Of a stretch of 20,000 nucleotides of DNA, positions 10,606 to 19,810 are shown piece by piece. The translations under genes were made by a program, and so were the position numbers. Origin of the DNA: Williopsis jadinii (taxonomy: Eukaryota); the NCBI GenBank assembly GCA_024346625.1, contig AP024664.1, positions 4,521,154-4,541,153 on the forward strand. The letters are read 5' to 3'. Below the pieces are notes generated by a model. The model had not been told where the DNA came from and did not search any database. It saw only the letters and a program-made list of their open reading frames with translations. How positions within the stretch are numbered: the first letter of the stretch is position 1; every line of letters begins with the position of its first letter.

Positions 10606-10821
10606 CAAATAGGTTTTCTGCATGATTAACAATAGTTATCAGTGTCGTGGTAGCCATAGAGACAACACTTATTGGGAACCAGTCCTGGTAGTATAGAAAC
10701 TTCTTTAAGCTAACTGTGAGTGTTCGTTACGATCCATATTGGTGCACAATATTAACAGAGTATTTGAAAGTGACATAACAACCCCTTGATCTTGAGTTTG
10801 CTTTCACCTTCAAACATTAGC

Positions 10822-13800
10822 ATGAATAATACATATCAAACAACCAGCGTTGAAGTTGTGGAGGGGTTCCATGTTGATCACGACTTTGGTGTTGCCTTTG
10901 ACCCTATAAACGGATGTGTCATCAACCCGTATTCCAGCAAAAAGATATCCAAACCCACTCAAAGAGCTTTACGGGCCTGCTTGGATCGGTGTGGGAACAA
11001 TATCTACCATCAATTCAAAGTTGCAGCATACAACTGCGTGATGATTAGTGACACTATTCCTGGTCTTCAGGTGGAGGAGTTTAGTATGTGTTGCAGCTGC
11101 AAGTCCTTCTGCTATCGCAATGTTGCAGGAGCCAGGTCACATCTTAGAGGGTGTGCAACATTGCCCAAACGTTCAATCCCATCCAAAGGTTACTGTTTCT
11201 ACTCTGGTCAACAACTGAGATACATAGTGATACAAGTGGGAACATCAGCACGGTCTGATGGTTTTGCTCCTGGTCCAGTCGAAACTGTCACTTATCCATT
11301 ATCTCCCATGCCACAATTGAGAAGTGGTGATGCGCAGCAAGGGGTCGAACCTAAACATCAGATAGAAGCATGTGCGCATATCGACGAGTCGCAGATCATC
11401 GATTTTGTTCAGAGATGTAATGGCCTCAAAGAAGAGAATCCTCTGATCTGCTTGATGGATTTCAGAGAACAGTGGTTGCATGAATCTTCTCTTATGAAGT
11501 TGGCAAATGACATTTACGAATACGCTCTCAAGTATCATAAGGATAGAAGACATTGCTTTGTGAGGGACTCAAGGGTATCGGAACACTCAACTACTACAAA
11601 GGATTCACCCTTTTGGCTCAACGAAGTGACGGACTCTACTCAGAAAGCTTACGTCAACGTCTTCAAGCAGTGGATCTGCAATATGTGTGGTCTAATGAGT
11701 TCGGCGTCTATTATGGAGAGGCTCAATTACAATGCGGATCTTTCCAATCATTTGAGCGTGCTATACTCTGCTGCAACTACTGGACTCTATGATAAGACTG
11801 AAGTGACACTTGCTCTTGCTAAGGCAACACGCATTATGATGGTTGACCCAGGAAACGTGGAACTGTATTCGGACAGCTGTGCACTTCTGCTGGTAGGTCT
11901 TGCTCCAAAAGACGAGTCCGAGGGATGTAACCAGTTTGTCGTAACTGATTTACAGAAAACCTCGTTGCAGGCCCGGCGAATGGATGCCGTTGTCAATTTT
12001 ACCAAGCTGTTGATTTCAAGCTCTTTTGACGACGACACCGAGAACGAGACATTCCAACACTTTATTAACACGTCAAGACAAAGACTTCCGAGATTTGAGA
12101 CACTCTTACACATAAGATATCTTTCCAAGCAATGTGTGGTATCAGGACAACTGCCACTTAGTTTGATAACAGATTCAGATAACGGTGTTCGCTGTGGTAC
12201 GTTGTATTTCAAAGAAGAGTATCTTCCAACGCTTGTTCAAAATGGGATCAGTTCTTTCAAGAAAGATCTCAATCGTCTGTGCAGAAAGTACCCAGCACTG
12301 GAGTTTCCGGATGTTGATAAAGTATGGCAATATATCCTTCGGAATGGAAAAGAAGATGTTATGGAATCTGGATCTGGGTTTTCGATGTTCTCCTCACTTG
12401 GTGGTGATTTTCAGCTCACCACTTTCCCTAAGACATTGATGGAAGAAGCTAAGAAGAATCCATGGAAGACGGTGAAGGAGTTCCAATCAATAGCGATAGA
12501 TAATATCTTCCCTCTGCTCTTGATATCCGTTTTTGGACCGACGGGAGGCAGTGAATACGCAAGAGCCACATGGAGCAATACGAGGACCCTCAACCGGTCA
12601 CTCTTCAAGGATGGGATGTTTATGATGGCGGGTTCAAAGACGAGAACATCTCAGAACAAACCAAATGCACGGGTAAGAATAGTGCCTACTCCGATTCTGA
12701 AGTTAATTGCTTATTACATCTACATCATCAGACAGATAGAGAAACGATTGCTTATGGTTGGTGCGGTTCAGATAACGAGTGGGCTTGAACATCATGATGA
12801 GGAGCAGGAGGAGAGCGAAGGGGAGGATGACGACTACATTGATGATATTGATAAGGATGAGGAATACTCTGTTCCACTGCGCTCCCCGACAATCCGGGAC
12901 ATGCTTGACACATATATCTTTCTATATGGAGATACCATCTTGAGTAGCAGCAAGCAATCTGCTATAATCAGAACCTTCTTCACGAGAAATGTTCCATCGA
13001 AAGGTAAAGCTCATGCTAGTGGCATGACAGGAAGGATTCTACGTCGTGTACTTATGCTCTTTAACCGTCAAGTCATCACCAAGGACAGCCGGACTTACTC
13101 CCTGATTCACTTCAAAGATCCAATTGAACTCATTGCAAACCATTCTATACAGACTGGCTTATCCACATACGCAAAGACAGCTGAAGTGAACTACGCTATC
13201 ACAGCCTTAGCCGATTGCTGGACACGCTTTCTCTTTGAATCACCACAGGCCCAAGTTGATCAAGTTGCCTTCAAGTACCATATCGATGACTCTATCAACA
13301 CCAAAGACTCATACCAATTGCGTGCGGTTGGTAATATGTTATATGGAAAAGACTTTGACTACCTGAGCGATAAGCAATGTTCGATATCTGAGACATCGTA
13401 CTTCACAAATCAATCCATTCTGGTGAATTTGAAGACTGGTTTCGGGAAGACGATTGCATCGCTGCTTCCAGCTGCTGCTGATGCGTTGCACTTTAAACAC
13501 AGACATAATCCAAATCATCCAGGAGTGCAGCGTACGACAGTAATACTTGTTCCCTTTGTTGCCTTGCTACAGCAATACGAAGAACTGCTTGAGGCGAAGT
13601 TTAAAGGAATGGCTACGTTTGTGAAGTACTTTCCAAGCAATGGCATGAACCCAGATACTCTGATATCTCATGACATTGTTCTGCTGCAACTTGAACATTG
13701 TAGAGACGATGTTGTTCTTTCGTTCATGGATCGATTTGCAAAACCCAAAATGGCTGTGGATGGAAATCTCCATGTCATTTCACGAATAGTTGTCGACGAG

Positions 13801-15774
13801 GCTCACGTCCTGTTGTACGATACTAGCCATCGAGGATTGGCAACTTCTGGAGCAGAGACGATGTTAAAGGGGAGTAATATCCCCAAGACTTTGTTATCCG
13901 GTACTGTCTTTAAGTTTCATTACCCAAAGCTCTTTGAGAAGTTGGGTCTGTACACTACAGCTTCAAATGATTCTTTGGCAAACATTTTTGCTACTGAGGC
14001 GAGTGGCTCGAACAAAGTCAAGATATTCAAGGAAGAAACGTTTGTTCGCTCAAACATCAAACTGTCTCTGTTTGTGGTGGATTCAGCTGAGGAGCAGAGG
14101 CTGATGATGTCCAGTCTCATCAACAAGACCATCCAGCGAAAGGAGAAATCACTCATATTTTTTGAATCGAAGGAATTCATGGAGAGTTATCAACAAAGTC
14201 TTGGTCAGTTCGAAAGAGGACATTGTTGTGTTTTCCATGGGAAGCTTCCAGCCCAGGAGAAGAAGACAATACAAGATCGTTTTAGAACAGCTTCTGATGG
14301 TATCACGTTGCTCACTACAACTGCTTCTAGCTCTGGTCTCGATATAGATGGCATTACTTCGGTCTACCTTACAGGATTCTTGTCACTTCCAACTTTGGTT
14401 CAGATCATTGGAAGAGCTGCTCGGAAGCCGACAGAGACAGCAGATGTGAAGTTTCTCTTTCTTACGCATGAGTGCAAAAATGTTTTACAGGTTATAATGA
14501 ACCAGCATTATCAGAGACGATTTCAGTGTGATGAAAACTCAAGGATAGACCACATCTTCTACAAGAATCTCTTCAATACCACACATGACTCTGAAATTGG
14601 GCCTTTGATTGACACATTCATGGTGAGGTTTTCTTCAGAAGAAGAACTGATTAAAACCATGGGAAGATTGAGTCCACTGGAGGTGCAAGACAATCTCGAG
14701 GCTCGTGTTATCCAGAATGCTCATGATTATGTTGACAATATACCTTCAAAGAGATCAGCTCCTGAGAGTTCAGAAAGCGATGAGCCAGTAGCAGACACCA
14801 AAAGGAAGAAAATTGGTTCCGATCTTAGTGATTTTGAGCTCAACACCCAGAAACAATTGGATGACATCGCAAGAGAAATTTCAAGGAATAAACTAGTTCC
14901 AGGCTTTTCACATCACTTACGGTGGAATAAATTCATAAAAAACGTTCACCCGCCGAAATTCTACAACGGAGACGCGTACGCAATTGAGCTAGCCTGCTAT
15001 CACTGCCATTCCCAAAACCACGGTGGAGATGACGATGACTGTCCAATCAAAGAAACCGTGAAAAACATGGTGGAGGTCATACTTATATTGAGGGATGTTC
15101 ACGGATATGATCGTTTCTGTGATTCGATGGTAGAGCATATCGAAGACGGTCTTGGGCTTCGGAAAACGATGAACTTCTTGGGGAGAAATATGGCGGTGGT
15201 GAGTAAATGTGTGAAATCAGTTCAGGATCTTTCCCTTTCCATGAGTCAACAGTCACTTGCCCCTCCGTATCCACAATTGAGGACACATCTGTTGAATTAT
15301 TTAACGAGGTTTCAGCAGTCCCCTCCGGCGTGGCTGTTGAGCTCGATTTCATCTTCACGGGAGATTTATTGTGAATGTGAAGAGCGTTCCTTCACAGAAC
15401 TTTTGCTTCAATTCATCGGTAGATTCCAAGGTTCAAAGCCAAGGTATTCACTTGGAAACCAGAAAATTTGCGAGACATGTGGATTCCTTTTCTCATTAGA
15501 GGATCACAAGGTGTGTGATTCCGAGATCAAAGTTAGCTCAATACTTTCGAAATGTTTCAAAGAGGTGGAGGATTATGACTTTACACTGAGCTATTCATTT
15601 CAAGATCACTTTCCAGATATCTACGAACGTATCAGGACTTGTAAAGACTGGATAGTCTTTTGTCATTTGATGTTAACACCTATGAACTTGAGGTTAGACA
15701 CAGGAGGTGGTTCTTCTACTGAAAGGACTTATCCTTTGTATGTGTTTGTAATCGGGAGCTTATACCAGATGTAA
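10822..15774 (+). CDS. Y'-element-like (Yrf1-like)/telomere-linked SF2 DEAH helicase with an N-terminal tyrosine-recombinase-like region and Cys/His Zn-binding clusters (~1650 aa)
   Basis: Helicase motifs: I KTGFGKT (13432-13452), Ia VILVPFVALLQQ, II IVVDEAH (DEAH 13795-13806), III LLSGT, IV SLIFFES, HGKL, V TTASSSGLDI, VI QIIGRAAR (14401-14424). Segments ELIANHSIQTGLSTY, DNGVRCGTLYFKEEY and AVGNMLYGKDFDY resemble the S. cerevisiae Y' protein as I recall it. First ATG is at 10822. Confidence 0.85.
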   Translation: MNNTYQTTSVEVVEGFHVDHDFGVAFDPINGCVINPYSSKKISKPTQRALRACLDRCGNNIYHQFKVAAYNCVMISDTIPGLQVEEFSMCCSCKSFCYRNVAGARSHLRGCATLPKRSIPSKGYCFYSGQQLRYIVIQVGTSARSDGFAPGPVETVTYPLSPMPQLRSGDAQQGVEPKHQIEACAHIDESQIIDFVQRCNGLKEENPLICLMDFREQWLHESSLMKLANDIYEYALKYHKDRRHCFVRDSRVSEHSTTTKDSPFWLNEVTDSTQKAYVNVFKQWICNMCGLMSSASIMERLNYNADLSNHLSVLYSAATTGLYDKTEVTLALAKATRIMMVDPGNVELYSDSCALLLVGLAPKDESEGCNQFVVTDLQKTSLQARRMDAVVNFTKLLISSSFDDDTENETFQHFINTSRQRLPRFETLLHIRYLSKQCVVSGQLPLSLITDSDNGVRCGTLYFKEEYLPTLVQNGISSFKKDLNRLCRKYPALEFPDVDKVWQYILRNGKEDVMESGSGFSMFSSLGGDFQLTTFPKTLMEEAKKNPWKTVKEFQSIAIDNIFPLLLISVFGPTGGSEYARATWSNTRTLNRSLFKDGMFMMAGSKTRTSQNKPNARVRIVPTPILKLIAYYIYIIRQIEKRLLMVGAVQITSGLEHHDEEQEESEGEDDDYIDDIDKDEEYSVPLRSPTIRDMLDTYIFLYGDTILSSSKQSAIIRTFFTRNVPSKGKAHASGMTGRILRRVLMLFNRQVITKDSRTYSLIHFKDPIELIANHSIQTGLSTYAKTAEVNYAITALADCWTRFLFESPQAQVDQVAFKYHIDDSINTKDSYQLRAVGNMLYGKDFDYLSDKQCSISETSYFTNQSILVNLKTGFGKTIASLLPAAADALHFKHRHNPNHPGVQRTTVILVPFVALLQQYEELLEAKFKGMATFVKYFPSNGMNPDTLISHDIVLLQLEHCRDDVVLSFMDRFAKPKMAVDGNLHVISRIVVDEAHVLLYDTSHRGLATSGAETMLKGSNIPKTLLSGTVFKFHYPKLFEKLGLYTTASNDSLANIFATEASGSNKVKIFKEETFVRSNIKLSLFVVDSAEEQRLMMSSLINKTIQRKEKSLIFFESKEFMESYQQSLGQFERGHCCVFHGKLPAQEKKTIQDRFRTASDGITLLTTTASSSGLDIDGITSVYLTGFLSLPTLVQIIGRAARKPTETADVKFLFLTHECKNVLQVIMNQHYQRRFQCDENSRIDHIFYKNLFNTTHDSEIGPLIDTFMVRFSSEEELIKTMGRLSPLEVQDNLEARVIQNAHDYVDNIPSKRSAPESSESDEPVADTKRKKIGSDLSDFELNTQKQLDDIAREISRNKLVPGFSHHLRWNKFIKNVHPPKFYNGDAYAIELACYHCHSQNHGGDDDDCPIKETVKNMVEVILILRDVHGYDRFCDSMVEHIEDGLGLRKTMNFLGRNMAVVSKCVKSVQDLSLSMSQQSLAPPYPQLRTHLLNYLTRFQQSPPAWLLSSISSSREIYCECEERSFTELLLQFIGRFQGSKPRYSLGNQKICETCGFLFSLEDHKVCDSEIKVSSILSKCFKEVEDYDFTLSYSFQDHFPDIYERIRTCKDWIVFCHLMLTPMNLRLDTGGGSSTERTYPLYVFVIGSLYQM

Positions 15775-16773
15775 AGCTTGATAAATTACAAGTGCAATCG
15801 GGTAATGTGCCAAACCATTGATTTAGTATTGTCAGAAGACATAGTGAACAAATATATATTGACGTTACATTTTACATACGTATAAACTTCAACAATCTAA
15901 GAGACTAATGGCCCTTGGTTGTAATACTCAGAACCACATTGACTTATAGATCATCAGTTTGGATAACATCTGGTGTGGTCGTCCTCTCATACGGTCCATG
16001 GAGTCTACTTGACTGCCAATACTTTGTCTCTTGGAATCTCATGAAATAATTCACCGACAGATACACATGCCATTAAATGTGTCACTAGCCATAACACCAC
16101 CCCCATGGGCTATCAGCAGGGAATTAGATCACCCAATGTGTGTACACCTCAACAGTTATTGAGACTCACCAATGGTGTTATAATTGTGTCTACTTTGCTC
16201 ATACCAACACTTTATTCCTTTTCACCTTTGGACGGTGACTCAGCATCTGAGCTTGGGCGACTGATACAGGATAATCACCATGGTATGATTCAGAGATGTG
16301 TAATGAACATAGCTGCTATGGTGTAGAGTCAAAGAACTTGTTGTGAAGCTGGGACACAGCTACCGCTTTTAACTTTCATCTTCTGAACTTTGACATGAAC
16401 AAAGCTGCTGATGACTGCTCTCTCTCGGTTTCCCAGACGCTCTACTTGGAGCCCCACAGCATGCTGCACTCTTTCTTCATCGTGAAGTGTCTGTCTTCCA
16501 CGATAGATCGAGGTGTTGGTTGTGTTTGCACGAGTATGAATCGACTATTGTTGTTACTCATTGGGTCTTCTGTAGCTCGGATCATCGAGCCATGGCCACC
16601 TTGTGTTATTTCAACAAGTTACACACATGCATGGAGGTGACCCTATATGATATATATCCGTACTGACTTGCATTCAAGTCGATTGCATTTGGATATAAGC
16701 TGTTGTTGTCATTGCTTGTTGATGATGTAGTTGTCGTCGGTGGGTTGCTATTATTTCACATTAGCTGACGTAA

Positions 16774-16787
16774 AACATCCGTACACC
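16774..16787 (+). promoter_or_regulatory. Rap1-type binding site
   Basis: AACATCCGTACACC fits the Rap1 consensus ACAYCCRTACAYY. It sits next to TGACGTAA (16766-16773) and short T/A tracts. Confidence 0.5.
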
Positions 16788-18756
16788 ACTGAAGTTTTTT
16801 GTGGTGGAGAAAAAAAAACATCAACAAAGCAAAGGGGAAACCCCTTTACACCACCACACTTATTCCAGTGACAGTTTAAGCTTGAAAACGCTGTAAGATG
16901 GTAGCTTCAGGCTGAGCGTTTGCTTCTTATCGCATGAAGCTGCCGTCAATGACTTGAAAAGCTTTGAGTGGCTGTGAAAGTCACACGAACAGTGTTAGAG
17001 ATGACAATATGACAGTCTCAAGGGTTTCACTTAAGATACAACACTTTGTCTTGCACTGAGAGGTCTGGAGATTGAGAACCGTATCAACAGATCACATGGG
17101 GTACTCTAACTGCTTATCACTTGAAGCGCTGATCGATATGCCTCTTCAGTGGCTCGGTTCAATAACGTATAGCCTTATCTCCTTGGCTAAACGTTCATAC
17201 GCTCATGAATCAACACGTCTACACATCTGAGTTGGCATTTCCATTTGGTTTCAAGAACAGCAACTGGAAGAGGTGTACACATGGTCTGTATCAACACCTT
17301 GGTGGTTCTGTTTGCTGTTGTTTATTGGTATTGTGTGGCTCTCCATTGCTACTTGGTCCAAGTGAAACACAAACCTGAGATGTCTCTTGAAACACGCCGC
17401 CGTTACTCGACACCAATCAAAAGAGAAGTAACAGTACCAATAGCTAGTGAAGAATAGACATAGCTACAGCATGGTATTATCACAGTGGCGTGATTCTCAA
17501 TCTTCATTGAACTACATCGATTTCGAATTGAAGTTGGTTATGGTCTTGGTGGTTCTTGGAACAGCTTCCTTTTAGGGATGTCGGACAAAATGACGGTTGT
17601 ACACTATTCCTGGAGGATTGTTCAGAAGTTAAGGTATACTGTGAGACTTGTCTGAATATTCTCCGGTGTTTCTGAAGACCTCTGTCGTTGTCAGCCTTGA
17701 AATATCCATAAATACAATGGTCCAGGAAATAGGTGTTATTGATACACAACAGAAACCAAGGGGTAACCATTACAGTACGCTCAGAGGATTGTATGGACCC
17801 AGAAGCATTACTTGTGACAGATCTGAACGCTTTGTTATGACTTCCAGGTGTGCTGTCTCGAATTAGAATTGAGCATGACAGTGATTTACAAAATTCAGAA
17901 CATTCCATGAAACAGGCTCAATTTACACAACTCATCAGAGAGGTTGAAAACACAAAGGCTATAGAAGATCCTGTCGATAACCGACTACATGATGTGAATT
18001 GTTAGAATGGCTTATCATGAGTTTGACGCGAACTCTGTTGTCTTCCAAGCCGTCGTCCATATTCTTACTTTGGCTCATGGAACATCACACACATGGCATC
18101 TCTTGATTATCAAGGACACACTGTTTGTGGGGAATAATGTCGAATGTGAACTACAAGAATTGCCTGGTTACCATGCTGGATGATCTGTATTTGTTGAGCT
18201 GTACTATTTTGATACAGAAACTCAAAACGGCATCCTGTGACTTTCATCGACGTTATTTACACCCCACAGCTATTATTTCATATTGACTGGAGTGGCTATG
18301 GGTAAGTCTTAAGTGCCTTAAACGATACATATCGTTGTGAAATCTCCGAATTGTCGCATAAGGTACTGGAATTGCGTCCTTTGTTGCTGCTGGTAACTTT
18401 TTTTTTGTTGGGGTGTCTTGGATGATGAGAGTAGCGATTGAGACAAAGAAAGTGCTCTGCTCATCAGCATTAGCATCTCTGATACTCATTCAGCTGCATT
18501 ATGGCATTATGCTCTTGAAAATCTTCCATTACCTGGAGGACGGCGTGTCTCAATGTCGTCAACACCAGTTTGGAGATTCCAATGGACAACAAGACCATCG
18601 ATTGACGCTGGCACCTCTTTTCGGAACAATGACAGCGGGTCCTAGGGAACCTCCAATGCTTTCAAATCATTGTGAAGTCACTCTCTCGTGAACTGTTGCT
18701 GGTGAGAAGCAGTTTGTTGTTCGTTGATTAATGTCGGGGAATGTCGACTATGGCAC

Positions 18757-19004
18757 CGGAATACAAGTATGCGCGATACTGCCTCACGACCAGCAAAAAA
18801 ACGTGCTCGTAACGATATCTGCCTCATGAAAAATATCTCCCTCATGAGACAGATGTTACTGGGTGTCTGGCTATTTCAATTAATGTGATTGGAAAGACTA
18901 ATAGAGATCACTCGAATGGTGTGCATCTGTACTCTATAATGAGACTAATTTCATGTCTGTAGCACAACTGTAGCATAGGCAAGGTCGTATTTAAGATTTC
19001 AGGC
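18757..19004 (+). repeat. Partial direct repeat copy C (5' ~250 bp of the repeat)
   Basis: Starts cggaatacaagtatg exactly 324 bp before copy B. Segment 18877-19004 aligns without gaps to 19201-19328 with ~28 mismatches in 128 nt (hand count). Confidence 0.85.
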
Positions 19005-19080
19005 TGCGTACGTGTGTTGCTGTGGTGAGTGAGGCAGTCATCACTGCGGAGATAAATGGCTTGAAGCGGTGTTACGCGGA

Positions 19081-19680
19081 CGGACTACAGGTATGAGCAG
19101 AATTGCTTGGGGCACACCAAGAAAAATGTATGGGTGAAAATAGTCTGCTTGGCGGAAATAATCTTCTTTGACAAACATATTACATCCTTTTTTAGTACAT
19201 TAATCAATGTAATTGGAATGGCTAATAGATATCACTAGATTGCTCAGAATCTGAATTATATACTGAGACTAATTTCATGTCATTAGCAGAACTGGAGCAT
19301 AGGTAGGTTCGGAGTTAAGATTGTAAGCAGTGTTCGGGTCTTTCTTACAAAAATGACATATCTAATTGACAATTGAAAATATTCATGGTATGTATTAGAG
19401 TATAAATAATTGAAAAAAAGACTTTAAGGTAGAATTAAATAACTAAATAAGCTGATTGTTATGCAAATGGATAAGAGGATGCATGCTTAGGAGTAAATAT
19501 AAAGTAGTGTCGGTGGGTAAGATTTTTGTTCAAGTATTTAAGAATGGGCGGGGATAACTTGTGAAGTTCGGGTGAGTTCTATGGCTGGAGAATCATGAGT
19601 GGAGATAAGTGAGACTAAGTTGTGTTATAATTCAGGTAGTTCAAACGGCAGCTGTGATCACTTTTGAATAGACATTCTAG
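19081..19680 (+). repeat. Subtelomeric ~600-bp direct repeat, copy B (telomere-proximal)
   Basis: Homologous to 9902-10508 along its length and to 18757-19004 in its 5' part. Confidence 0.85.
19124..19136 (-). promoter_or_regulatory. Perfect Rap1 RPG-box (CACCCATACATTT) inside repeat copy B
   Basis: The plus strand reads AAATGTATGGGTG. The homologous position in copy A is degenerate (ATTTGTATGGGGA). Confidence 0.6.
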
Positions 19681-19810
19681 GTGATGATAGTTTGATAAGG
19701 CTGGTTGTCTAGATATCAGGTCTGCTGACAGAGTTTGTTATTTAAGCGCTATGTACTACTGGAAGGTGGTCAGATAGGACGTGGTGACATCTCTGTTTGG
19801 ATGTGGGGGG

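Larger units (their letters stand above)
9902..19680 (+). mobile_element. Putative Y'-like subtelomeric element bounded by diverged direct repeats
   Basis: Y'-like helicase ORF lying between two homologous ~600-bp direct repeats, with the distal copy ~130 bp from the telomere. Element status is inferred. Confidence 0.5.

Noticed and set aside
10786..10821. TTG start of the helicase ORF, or a Y'-style 5' intron (GCTAAC near 10709)
   Set aside because: Yeast normally uses ATG (10822), and no convincing 5' splice site was found.
11299..15358. Nested and antisense small ORFs within the helicase gene
   Set aside because: Alternative-frame shadows with no independent coding evidence.
19494..19504. 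10/11 match to the S. cerevisiae ARS consensus (TAAATATAAAG)
   Set aside because: Imperfect, expected by chance in AT-rich DNA, not conserved in copy A, and the consensus may not apply to this species.
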